Source: Trichoplax sp. H2 (lineage: Eukaryota). Taken from it: a stretch of 51,602 bases of DNA. The position numbers and the translations under genes were made by a program. The stretch is taken from contig NOWV01000313.1 in assembly GCA_003344405.1 (NCBI GenBank), positions 1-51,602 of the forward strand, read 5' to 3'. Below the pieces are notes generated by a model. The model searched no databases, was not told where the DNA came from, and worked only from the letters and a program-made list of their open reading frames with translations. Below, piece after piece: positions 1-12,500 of this stretch (position 1 is its first letter; the number at the start of each line of letters is the position of its first letter).

Positions 1-364
1 ATATCGTAATCTGACTATTCTGTATTAGTCATCAGATGTCTATGTTCGTAAATACTGTTGTCTGCATTAAGGGAGCAGTAGCTAAAATTAATATCTAATT
101 CAGTAAATGATTCCGAGGTTAATTGTACTAACTATGACTCATGAACTATTGAGGAATAGTATATAAATGCAGTATATCGTGAAATAAAGAGAATTCTCCA
201 ACTTAGAGTTAACGTAAAATACGAGGCGTCTAAGTCTTTGTGTAGACTGCTAGTAGAGCGAAAGTGTTTGTGATAGTGCAGATATCGTTCCTTGATACGT
301 GGTTCAAGGAATTGACTTATTGATCGTATATTGCGTTATCTTGTTGCAAAGCTGTTTTGTGACA
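1..364 (+). mobile_element. LTR-like element (family A), 3' part, cut by window start
   Basis: Near-identical to 3093-3450. GTATATAAAT then AATAAA; shared motif TTAACGTAAAATACGAGGCGTCTAA; ends CGTTATCTTGTTGCAAAGCTGTTTTGTGACA. Confidence 0.75.
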
Positions 365-481
365 ATGATCTATGCACTTATTTATTTTTTATTATTGCTT
401 TTAACAACGGAACATAATTTGTAAACTGATTACTGTATGTGAATACTTCATAGGGTCAATTAGAGTTTATTTTTTGATAGA

Positions 482-921
482 TGTCACGGTACGAACTACC
501 GTGAAGAAATAGCTATCTAAATTTGGTGAATATAATATAGTGACAATGTTTTACAACTAGTTACTTACAATAGGAATTACTCTAATTATAAATGTGTTAC
601 AGTAAATTTAATGCTGTGCTTTAATGTGTACTGAAATGATTCTGTGAATGGGTGGACATGTTGTAGTTCGATTGTGAAAAATTAGTTAGTAGATGTTCTC
701 ACCAAAGTATATTTATAAGATGACTCATGAATGTTAGCTGCTGTAGAAGGGTATATAAGCCCACCAGATAGTTGAATGAAGTAGTTCTCAATTGTCTAGT
801 TGAGTTTAACGTAGAATCAAAGGCGTCTAAATTCTCGTGAGTAGGGATACTGAATCCGCAGATTTTTAGAGATTTGGAGATTTAGTTTACGTTATCCTTG
901 TCACGAAGCTGGTTTGTGACA
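482..921 (+). mobile_element. Solo LTR-like element (family A), 440 bp
   Basis: TGTCAC...GTGACA termini, perfect TSD ATAGA (477-481 / 922-926), internal GTATATAAG. Confidence 0.88.
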
Positions 922-2827
922 ATAGATTAATAACAATTCCTAGAATTTAAAAGAATTTAACGAATAAAGTTGTAATCCATATCACTTCAGGCTAGATGTA
1001 CCCGTAACCGGTATCTTATTTTGAATATGTGTTTCAAATATAGAATGAATCTATTATTAATAATATTTTTTTTGTTGCAAAGAGTGATATGTTATTAATC
1101 GCTCTTAAACTGTGACAGAAAATGTATCGGTTTGCTTAGCTAATACTTTCCATAACGGCAAGCAAACAATTAATTCTAAAGAAATTATTTTTCATGTTAG
1201 AAGAAAATTTCGCATCTGATGATTTGGTGCAACATATAACGGAAATAACAATACTAATAGGTTATTACATTGCTTTAGAAATCGGACAAGTCAACAGACC
1301 AAAATGCAAAAAAATACATAAATTAATCCTTACAGAATTATCTGCAATAATTTGAACTGTAAATAGAAGCTTCAATTTATACTAAATACTTAAATATTTA
1401 TTTGAATCAATTAGATGCTCTGAAATGAAAATCATGCTTCTTAAAACTACAAAAATATAAGAAATCGGTCTAGAATTCTTTTTTCCATCATTTTCATAAA
1501 TATGTCTTAGAATCACTAAAAAAATATTTTTTTGCGAATGTATTAACTCGGTGTAGTGCTACTATTAATATTACATTTCTTACTCGATTTTAAATTTATG
1601 TAGTAGATATGAACTAGACTTGCTTGAGAAATCATACTCTCAATAGCAATATTCGCCTGTACCACCCTTGTATCATTGCTTAAAATTGATGTTGCATGTA
1701 TTCAAATGATACAAGGAGCGAACTTCTGGATATAGTTATTGAGAGTACAGTGGTTTAAATTGGCCCAGTATATAATATTTCTGAGATTAATACTACTAAA
1801 TCTATTAGTAAATATGACTTATACAAATAATGCAACTGCTCATTTTACTATTCATTTCCTCAATTCGTTTAATTACAAAGAATATAACTTTAAATTAATC
1901 GGAGTATATCAATCTACTAAAAAAAATTCCTAGAGTATCTAACTTATTCGTGGTATATACTGACTGTCTATAATCGCTGAATTTTTGATGTTTTTAATAT
2001 TGCTATTGTAATAGCATAATAGCTTTGCTGTGATGGCCTAAAATGCATGCATTTTTACGATTTCACCTACACAATTTTAGAAAGTACTGGACTAAAGATA
2101 CATTCATACTTCTGGAGTATTTTAATTTTTGTTATTATAAGATGAAGTAGTAGGTAAATTAAGACTACTTTAATTTTCACTACGACTCGTTCCAGTAGAT
2201 GTAGAAAGCATACATATTGTGGAAATGTCAATTTTTATCACTGACTGTAACATCAGCTTAACATATACGAAACTTCGACACTAATTTTATACTTATTAAT
2301 TTGTTAGCTTTACCTCATTTAATAGCTTTAATGAGAGAAGTGTGACCATCTTCAACATTAGCAGGGGAACCATAAAGATTTCACTGTATCAAATATTAGC
2401 TAGAACTGTAATAAGCAGTTGTATAGCTTTTATTTGAGGAGAAATAGGTATTTATGATGGCGTTTTAAAATATTGAACTGTGAATATTAAATTATTGGAA
2501 TATTGTAAAGTTATAAATATCTAAAAAAATTATGACTATGTTTCAAGCATTGCTTTGTAGCATGAAAATTTAAAGTTGCCAGTCCACTGTCAAGCTTGAT
2601 ATTTTAGACCTTTGCATACAGTATAACTATGATATTGACGATCTTCACCCGTCAGAAGTCCACAATAACTGCTGATCTTCCTGAGATTAAACTATGGAAA
2701 AACTCAAAATTTTATTAAAATTGCAATCAATTTATTAAGTAACTACATAAGTATCAACCACTATTACTGAATTGACACTAAGAAATATGCAGATATCCAT
2801 GAAAATATTTAAAATATTTTGTATAAT

Positions 2828-3450
2828 TGCGACAGTGTTGTATACTGTAATAGAGTAGAAATATCTATGTTAGGATAATTCTGTTAGACTATCCTTATTT
2901 AGTTAACTTCTAATTTGGATATACTGTGTTTTAATATAGCACTGACTCTTTATGACAGTGACACTTATACACATACTGAAATTAATAGTTGTAATAGGGA
3001 ATGCAAATCATCTACTTACAGTTCGAATCATTGTGATTGTAATTTACTTATGGTAGATTGTAAATTATCATGAAAATGTTCCATGATAGGACATATCGTA
3101 ATCTGACTATTCTGTATTAGTCATCAGATGTCTATGTTCGTAAATACTGTTGTCTGCATTAAGGGAGCAGTAGCTAAAATTAATATCTAATTCAGTAAAT
3201 GATTCCGAGGTTAATTGTACTAACTATGACTCATGATAAATTGAGGAATAGTATATAAATGCAATATATCATGTAATAAAGTGGATTCGTAAACTTAGAG
3301 TTTAACGTAAAATACGAGGCGTCTAAGTCTTTGTGTAGACTGCTAGTAGAGCAAAAGTATAGTGCAGATATCATTCCTTGATACGTGGTTCAAGGAATTG
3401 ACTTATTGATCGTACCTTACGTTATCTTGTTGCAAAGCTGTTTTGCGATA
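2828..3450 (+). mobile_element. LTR-like element (family A); 5' boundary uncertain
   Basis: 3093-3450 matches 1-364 and 27055-27417; ends TTTTGCGATA; no TSD found. Confidence 0.65.
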
Positions 3451-3603
3451 CTTCAGTAAATTAACTTGCAACAATTATACATCACGATTCTACTACTAAA
3501 CAATTTACTAGTACAAGCTTAGCAAATCTAAACATGACCGTATATATCTAGATTATTTTTCAAGTATCGATAATCAATTAACCGGTAACGCAGTACCATA
3601 ACA
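3451..3603 (-). mobile_element. LTR 5' fragment homologous to 11251-11409
   Basis: Colinear similarity (CAGTAAATTAAC ... TACAAGC ... GTAACG..GTACC..ACA) with the right end of the 10823-11409 element. Confidence 0.55.
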
Positions 3604-6600
3604 ATCGCTTGAAATGATAAATAATAAGTTATAGAGAAGGATACATGCTTTATTCATAATTTAAAATTATAAAATGATGAGCAACTTTTCTTCGGCTCAA
3701 ATTACTTCTTAGGAAGCTAATAAACACCAGAGCATGCAATTTGCAGCAAATGTAGCATATTGCGAAAGAAGTATAAATGATCGACATTTGAAAAGTTGTG
3801 ATATTCACGTTATTGTAAATACTATACAGCCTGATCTAAAATATTTGGTGTGATTAAAAAATGGTTTGATTCAATCTTTTGCATAAAAATTTGAAATTAG
3901 AAAATTCTAGAATTCATTATAAGATCGACATCATATCATATAAATGGAACATGTTCTTGAGTTGTATTTAATTGCCTTTCATTTTATTAACCAGTATTGC
4001 AATGGATTAGATCTCATCAAATCGATAACTTTAAATCTTTACTAGGGCACTTTTAAATCAATTTTCGGTATTGACAAATGAAATGAATTAATCGTGCATT
4101 ACAGTAGCATCATTGTTATGATAATTAAAAAGGAATCCTTTATTCTTACGATTCAATGTTAGGTACGTCTATATATTATTATTGACACATTAGAGATTTT
4201 TAATCGTCAGCTAAACTCGTAGACGTCAGGTTTTAATTCTGTTAGCATTGGTACTACTGTATTTGAAGTGGGATATAGGATAAAATTTAGTTTGCTTAAA
4301 AAATTTTGGAATATGAGTATAGACTATTTGTATGTTCTTAAACGCGCTGGATAGATTTGAGGCAAAATTTTTGGTGAGCTGAAACTGGCTAGCGCAAAAT
4401 AAGAAATAAATCGAAAATATCGATCTTTTGGTAAGTTACCACTTATCTTTTAATTAGTAACTATAAAAATTCAGTATAACTATTTGATCCTGTTTTCTAT
4501 TTCTTACTTAGTTTTAATGCGCAGAAATGTTTACCAGTACTGTTATTTTATATATATGTACTGATTTAATGATTTCAATTTAATTGGCTATACTTACCAT
4601 ATAAAATAGTATAGTACAGTAAGATCATTGATTTCTCTCAATTACGGCCATCATTGGTTTTCCTCAGTTACGGAAGTTGTTACAGCTCCTAAACCCAATA
4701 TTTGATAAACACAATCTGCGGCAACCTTTTTTGAATTTAAAAATTAAGTCAGGAGTTGAATGTACTGATAGTAGCCAAATGTACTTAAATTTTCTTAAAT
4801 CATTATGTTTCCTAATTGTTTCGTTCGAATTGGAGCTATTTATACTTATGCAATAAACAATCTATCAAATTAACTACTTCACTACTGAAGAAGGTATGGC
4901 CTAGTAAAGTTGTAATAAATTTTGTATGATATCATCCCAATAATGCTATATAACTAATTGGTCGCACTAATCCACTTTGGTGCAATTTCTGATGACCCGC
5001 TATAAAGAATAACAGTACTTAGTAATTGTCTAGCAGTGTTTCTGAAATTATCTGTTCTTGTAGCAGTTACTCTTGTATAGTGAGTACCCCAAATTTCTAG
5101 TGAATAGCACAAAATCTTATACGGCATGATTATAATACGCTCACTGTACTATTTCTACTAATAGTTCGCAAGGCTGATAGCGGATTACATACCTTAAGAT
5201 ATTTTTGATATAGATTATATCCATATTACTAGACGATGGAGCTAATCATTCGAAGATAAAGCCATACATCTATCACAACAGCAGAGCAGAGATGAAACCA
5301 ATGCTATCTCAATCAAGGCAGTGTTAAATGATTTAGAGCATTTCGTAGGGAACTTTTAAGGATCCTCAGACTATCAACCGTTAACGTCAGTCAGTTTCAT
5401 TAACTTTTGAAGGAGTAGAATGAAATCCTAGTAAGATGCATTTGCTTCAATAGTCTCTAGACGATCAGCTTAATTGTATAAAGTATAGTTATCTATTAAG
5501 TTATCAATAAGTTAGTAGATACTTTTCTCTTCCGTTTGGTTCTTTATTGATTAATTGATTAAGCATTTGGTTCTTGAAGTAATAAAATGTAATTAATATT
5601 TTTCGCCTTAGAATTTGCTAATTTATTTAATTAAAAGAGTTTAAGCATAGAAATTATTGATTATGTTGTTTACTGTTTGACTGTTAACAAGGAAATTCAG
5701 TTTTCTTTGTCTTAGATTGAATAGTTAGATATTATAAATCTACAGTTAACTATGAATATTCATTATTGTAGCCTAAGTTAAGATACTTATTTTTACTGAG
5801 CCATGTTAAATTAACTGATTCGTTACATATCTTTCGTCAAAATCAAAGTTAAACTCTACACAAATTGATAAATTTATTTATTAAAGAGGGTCATACAGAG
5901 GGCACGCTTTAAGTGTATCGCTTAATAAGATATTTTTGACAGTTGAGTTTTGACTGCTGCTATTACAGAATAGAATTAATATCAGAGTATCTATTATTGT
6001 ATGTCACTGAGCTGCCATGAATTAATATTGAGATGAATCTTGATTTAATTTGTACGTTCAAATTATATAAGCATTAGATTTATTAATTACCACCATTTAC
6101 TGAAAAATTATATAGATTAATGTCTTAAAAACTACTAAATAGCAAGGTAGCTAGCGATCAAATTCTTGAGAGCTAATTATGTACGCGTATATACTCTAGA
6201 TTTTCTATAACGTACATTTAGAGCTATTGTAGTTTTAAATAAATTTATGATCAGTACGACACCATAAAATTTAGCATGGTTACTATATTGACGTTAATAT
6301 GTATATTTTATTGATATTAATGTGGAAATTTTATTGACAATGATATGAATAAGATTTATTTTCGTTTCCTGTTAATCGTCACGCGATATAAAGTGTTCGA
6401 AGTTTCAACGACACAAAATCGTAAACCTTAATGAAACCTTAATGGGGTCGACATGTATAGCAATATTGCTTCAGATTTTCAGCTTCGCTATAATGGGAAT
6501 GACTAGGTATGCTTTTGGTGACTAATTACATGACTGTGTTCATTCCGCAAGTAAAATGCTACAAAGCTCAGCGAATGAGAAGAAATTCTCATTTTTAACT

Positions 6601-9440
6601 TTAAAGAAGAAGTAAAAAGCAGTTAGTCTTTTAGTCTATGCCTTTTTTTGTACTTATCCTTTCTTAAATATTTTTATGCTACGGTGATAGTGTAATTATA
6701 AGGGCAAAGTGAATAAGGCTATTTCATAATTGATCACACAGCAGGCCTTAGAACAATTTTTGGTCTATTAGAAGATAATTTCTTAGCATGAAATCTTAAA
6801 TAGCTTCGAAACTTATTTTAATGCGAATGGCCTGGTACATACACACAGATTTAACGTCTTTGTAAATAAAGTAGTGAACATTGTTAAGATTAAATGTTCT
6901 AATTAATCGCTTCCGAGATTATGACCAGCGATAACTGAAGTAGGATCATATTATTAATTATATTAAAATTTAAATGTATTCCTGCCAATTTAATAATGTC
7001 AGTTATAATAAATCCTTAAACAAAGCAAAATTCTTTTGGACGCGGATTTAGGGTCGTAATACTCTGGTACTGATAAAGTTTACAACATTAAGCATTTCTT
7101 GACTCGATAATCTATTATCTAGTATTCTGTATTATTACTTTCCACCAAGATTCGACCATAAAACTCATTACGCTAAGTTTCTTTAACTTTATAATCTTGC
7201 AGTAATTAAAATATTAGCTTGTAAGATCTGCTATAGATTTTAAAATTAATATCATTAATAACTGTATCTTCAGATATGGAATATTTTAGTATAAAATATG
7301 ATCTAAAGTCATTTTTTTGTTCAAAAAAATTGTTAAATAGTACAGTAGTATCCTTGGAATATAGTAGATTACCTATGTACTGAACAATCCTGCAAAATCA
7401 ATTAATGCACACAAAACTTGAGATGTAATTACTAGAAATAATAACACCCATCAGTTCTAAACACACTACATAAATTATATTAGTCATATCATAACACATA
7501 TTTATAGCCATTGATGACAAAACTAGATTTATAACAACTTCATTGTATACGCTATTAAAGCACGAATTTTACAAATAAGTTAATACAGTAGAAGTCGCCT
7601 TTGAATAGGTATACCATTTAATCTTTCCTTGTGACTGAATTACAGACGCTAGCAACTTTGATTGATGGCAAAAATGTTAGCCAATTTATAATTATTCAAG
7701 ACGGCGCGATGAAAGAAGCGAACTGATTTCGTTTCGTAGTAGCGATATCCATTTCTAAGATATGTAAAAGAATGATCTTTAGTTTTATAACTAAATTATG
7801 AAATACAGTAGTAGAAGACGGCCGCATTAGAAGAATTATTTACCGACTGAAAGCATCACTGTCTGCTAACGAAACTTTTTTGAATAGCAGTTCGAGGATA
7901 CTCGTATCACGTGAGCTACAGTCAGATGAGGGAAGATTTAAATATAAATTTTTTATTTGGCAAATGCTTCTGTAGCAATATTAAATGAGTGAATGTTTGC
8001 TCTAGGAATAATCTAGCAGTCTATTCGCTCAAATTAAGGGTTTATTACCAGCAGAATCTAGTAGAAACTATTTCAACCAGTCAGTTTGTGATAATTTGAT
8101 CTATGTTGATTCGAAAATTATTTAGAATTGATACTGAAATCATAACCAACTCTTACCGAATTATTGGTTTTGAGAGATATGTATAACTTGAACCAATAAT
8201 ATTTATTTACAATTATTTGGTTTCTGATGTGCAGCTTTCATAACAAATTAAATTTGATCTTCACTTTTGAGCCTAGAAGTTTACTAGCTTTTAGATTATA
8301 ATTCATTAATGGAATAGCTATTGTTAATAATTAATTAAATGGCTGTATTATACACGATATCAATCTTTAATGACGCAGTAGATTTAATTTAACTGTTAAA
8401 AATAAAATAACAATGGATTTTAAAAACATACCTTAAATATAAAATTTATCTTATATTGTTCTTAGAAATTCTTGAAGCAGAAAAATTATGAGATTACTAA
8501 CAATTACGGTAGATCTTCAAACATTAGTTTTTCTTGACTAACAAATTAGTTAGATCTTGCAGTTATTGAAAATACCGTAGTCTAAAATAACAAGACCGAG
8601 ACAATGGCAAAATAAACAATATATTCATCTTCGATTTCTTGGTTATGCATGTGCCCAAATGTGACATAACAGTCGATTTACATAATAAACTAAAATAATT
8701 GCTGAAACTTTGTTAAATGCTCTATATTTCTATTTCGTGTACCAACTTCGTAGTTAAGGAGCAAGTAAAGTTTACACCATTCTTAACCTGCCATATACTG
8801 TTTATATTTCAACTGAATCAATTAGTATCGTAATAATATAGAAGCAGCACAACGAAAGCACACGTATAAAATGGGACGTGATTTTAGCTATTAAATTATT
8901 TTAGCAAATAACCAATCAAATAGTTTACTCATTAAATAATTAACTAATTACTTAATTTATTTACTGGTTAATTGTTAACCAATATGATACATTAATAGTA
9001 TTAATATTGGAATAATATATTTTCTGCCTTTTACATACCTTTTAAGCTGCGGTTGTCACATTGTCAGTTAGTTGGCAACTATTAAACCTTTGCAGTTTTA
9101 AATTCTAAGAATGCCGAAAACTGAAATCTGATTCTTTAATAAGAAATTATTTTTCGTAGCTTTTTAACTTACGTAGAATTTTATTTAAGGGTTGAAATAA
9201 CTTTAAATTTATCAAAGTTCAAAACTGTATTTTTAAGTAAGTAATTTCAAAAATAATTGTATATTTTATTGCGTTTGATGTTCCTTCTGCTAGGTATGGA
9301 GTTAAAATAATTTCAGAATAAAACTAGACTACATAAGCGTTATCCTAACGTTATTTAATCGCTAGCAATATCCAAGTTTCTTCATTAATGTATGAAATCC
9401 TGCTATCGCTGATATAGCAATTACTTATTTTTTCTTTTTG

Positions 9441-9448
9441 TATATAAG
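9441..9448 (+). promoter_or_regulatory. Candidate TATA box of the LGR gene
   Basis: TATATAAG 39 bp upstream of the signal-peptide ATG at 9480. The AT-rich background weakens this. Confidence 0.4.
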
Positions 9449-9479
9449 AAATCCAAATATTTTATGAAAGGATATCACA

Positions 9480-9534
9480 ATGAATTCTTACATTCTAAAG
9501 TTTGGTTCTGTCTGTCTTTTTCTTCTACTTCAAG
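9480..9534 (+). CDS. LGR exon 1, signal peptide
   Basis: MNSYILKFGSVCLFLLLQ, then consensus donor AAG|gtaagt in phase 1, matching the LDLa exon (continues VAKC-Q). Confidence 0.7.
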
Positions 9535-12500
9535 GTAAGTAACTATGATAGCCTTTTAGCCTTAAAGTAATCAGTATGAACTTATTTATATTTATTGCAA
9601 TGAGAATCTGTTATAAATTGAAGTAAACTATCACACAATATTTTATGCTATAGTATCGTACTTAAATTAAGCAAGAGTATAACATAAAGGATAATTCACA
9701 TATGGATATATCTCTACATGAGAACGACGGCAGCGTAAATTCGGTCTCTTTGTAGCAAATAATTAAAAGCAGAGCATTTACAAAATCTTAGCTTCCAGCT
9801 TACAAAGATTTGACTATACCCAGATATATTAGCTATCAGCAGTAATAGATAGAAAATTATTAAAGGCTGAATGAAATTATCAATTATAAATGTGATAGCG
9901 ATAACGGAATGCACAGTTGAACCTATGTTAATCTTTAAAGAGTAGAAAGAATGAGTCTTTCAATATGTAAAAAAACGCTATTTTTCTTTTCGTTCTGATA
10001 TAGTATATAATTAAGTAGACATATTAGAAAAAATCTAATTTATTAATATGTCTAAGTCGATTTGATAGACAATACAAGCTTGATTTTAAAATTAAAAACT
10101 TATTTTAAAGACCAATAAGATATATTTTTAAAATATAGCAGTTCGCAGTGTAGTATATAAAAGGTAATATCTTCCCTATATCTTTAGCAAATAAGTTTCG
10201 TCATTAGTATATAGTTTACTAGAAAATATTCCTATTTCCTATAACAATTCTCAAAAATCGCTCATCATCTTTATTTCCTGTAATTTTTAATGCCTAGAGT
10301 ACTATGTAAACAATTTGTCAATAAGAAGATTAATACATGTTGTAACGCTTATTTTAATTTTAAAAGCCTAACGCTACTATTTGCTAGACATGACCTATAC
10401 TCAATTTCACGTTATATAGTATCTGAATGATATTCATTACCTACTAATTCGGTGACTTTAATTTTCTAAATTGTAACATAATTTCATAACAATCGATTAA
10501 TTTTTCTAATCACTAATATTTATGAATCGAAATTAATAAAGTATTTGAAATGGAAGCTTTAATTTGTTATCAAATTTTAACAGTTATAATGCATTAGATG
10601 GCATTTTAAGCTAAACTTAGTTAAGTAGATAAGAATTCTTAACTGGCATATATAGAATAAAATCCATTTACTTAATAATGTCCAAATCTAAATTCATATG
10701 GACCAGGCACAGCCCGTACTTAAGTGAAGGCTTTAATTGCTATAGATATCGCCATACTTGTATGTGTAGTATGTAGGCTAAGTTTTTATGTATTGCAATG
10801 CAGGCAAGAGTAAGTATTGTTGTGTCTCAACCCTCATTTGTGGCTAAGGAAAGTAAAGAACTCTAGTGTAGTTACTTAAAACTTGGGCTATTTCTCCCAG
10901 TACTTTCAGTTTCTATGAGAGAAGTATTTGAGAACTCGATTTCTCAGCTGATCTCCACAGACAACTGACTAATTATTACACTATTCTTCACGATATGAGT
11001 CTTGCCGTTTCTTGAGCAATTACTTACTTTATTCTACAAACACACGCGCTTAAATAGGTTTCTACAGTGAATTCCAATATTAAAGGGTGAGAATTCATAC
11101 TTTACAAGTTACATGAATTAGTATAATACCATTACTAAATATACATGTCAATATTCTCAGACTTAGATAGTTACAAGCTATCAGGTGTTAAGACGCTTAA
11201 CCTTCGTCCATATACTGCTCAATTTTTAGATATTAACACACCTTACAAACCTGCAGTAAATTAACTGTTAACAACTTATATTTCTATCTCATTTCTACCA
11301 TCCTATTATCAGCTACAAGCGCATTAAACATAGCACATAACGTTATCTTATCTATTCATAAGCATTCACTAATCAACAGTTGCTTAATTAGTAACGGCGT
11401 ACCGCGACATGTTGTAATATGCAGAAAATATTTGCAACTATTAAAAGATTAGAAAATGTTTGGCCACTACCGTATTATCGATTTATCTCGGCTAGATTCC
11501 TATATCTAGGTTTTTAGGGTCGTATTAATGTGATACACTAACAATGCGGGCACATTAAATCACTCTACATAAATATATCCTTCTAAAAATATAGCTAAAC
11601 TTCTTTTCCAAGTTGTCTTCACTTTTTCTGCTGTTTAATTTAGCTGATAAACTGATTTGATTACTTAATCAGCTTAGAAATAAAACATACATTTCTTCTT
11701 TTTGTTGGTCGCGTGATAGTATAGAGAAACTATAAGATAAGCTATTGGTGTTAGAATATTGCATAGGAGTAAACTATGTATCCCTTGAAAACAGTGTCAA
11801 ATAAAAACCAATTAATTGCAATAGATAAATATAAATAATGTCTATGATTCAGGTATCTTAATCTCAGCTTCGTAGAAGGCAATTCTAGACATAGAATTTT
11901 GTTCTCATATTGAGTTCTGAAAACTTAAGTGACACTGCTCACAATCTTTATATTGTAAACCAGTTAGGTATTACATTGAAGTAGTTACACTATTATTGAA
12001 TAGTATGTTCTTAATCCTTATTTTCCGAGATTATTATTCCTAAATCTCACTATTTACGCTGTCATTCTGAAATTCAAACGTTTCGTTTACTTCTATTATA
12101 GTTTTAAGGTGTATGATGGAATTACAATTAAGTATAGAGTAACGCCGTTAATGGCCATTATTAAACTATTAATTATTAATAAAACTGATCATTTTATTGG
12201 ATTTCAGTTGCTAAATGCCAGATAAAGGAAAATGATGATTACAATTACAAGTATCCATGTGGCATATTTTCAAACAATTTTATTTCTACTAGTAAATGGT
12301 GCAACTGTAAAAATGACTGTTCTGACGGTTCAGACGAAGCGTATTGCGGTAGCTATATCGAATTTTAATTTGAATTTTTCTATATTATGGAATTTCGTAT
12401 TGTGATTATATTTATTATAGCAAATTAGGATTAATTTCTATCATAAACTATTATTTACCCTATGCAGATGTGCAACATTCATTATCAGAGAATGGAATAG

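Noticed and set aside
7700..8300. Coding-like fragments upstream of the gene
   Set aside because: Multiple stops, no consistent motif or splice pattern.
9464..9534. Upstream ATG (MKGYHNEF...)
   Set aside because: Reaches the donor in phase 2, incompatible with the LDLa exon, and is a poorer signal peptide.
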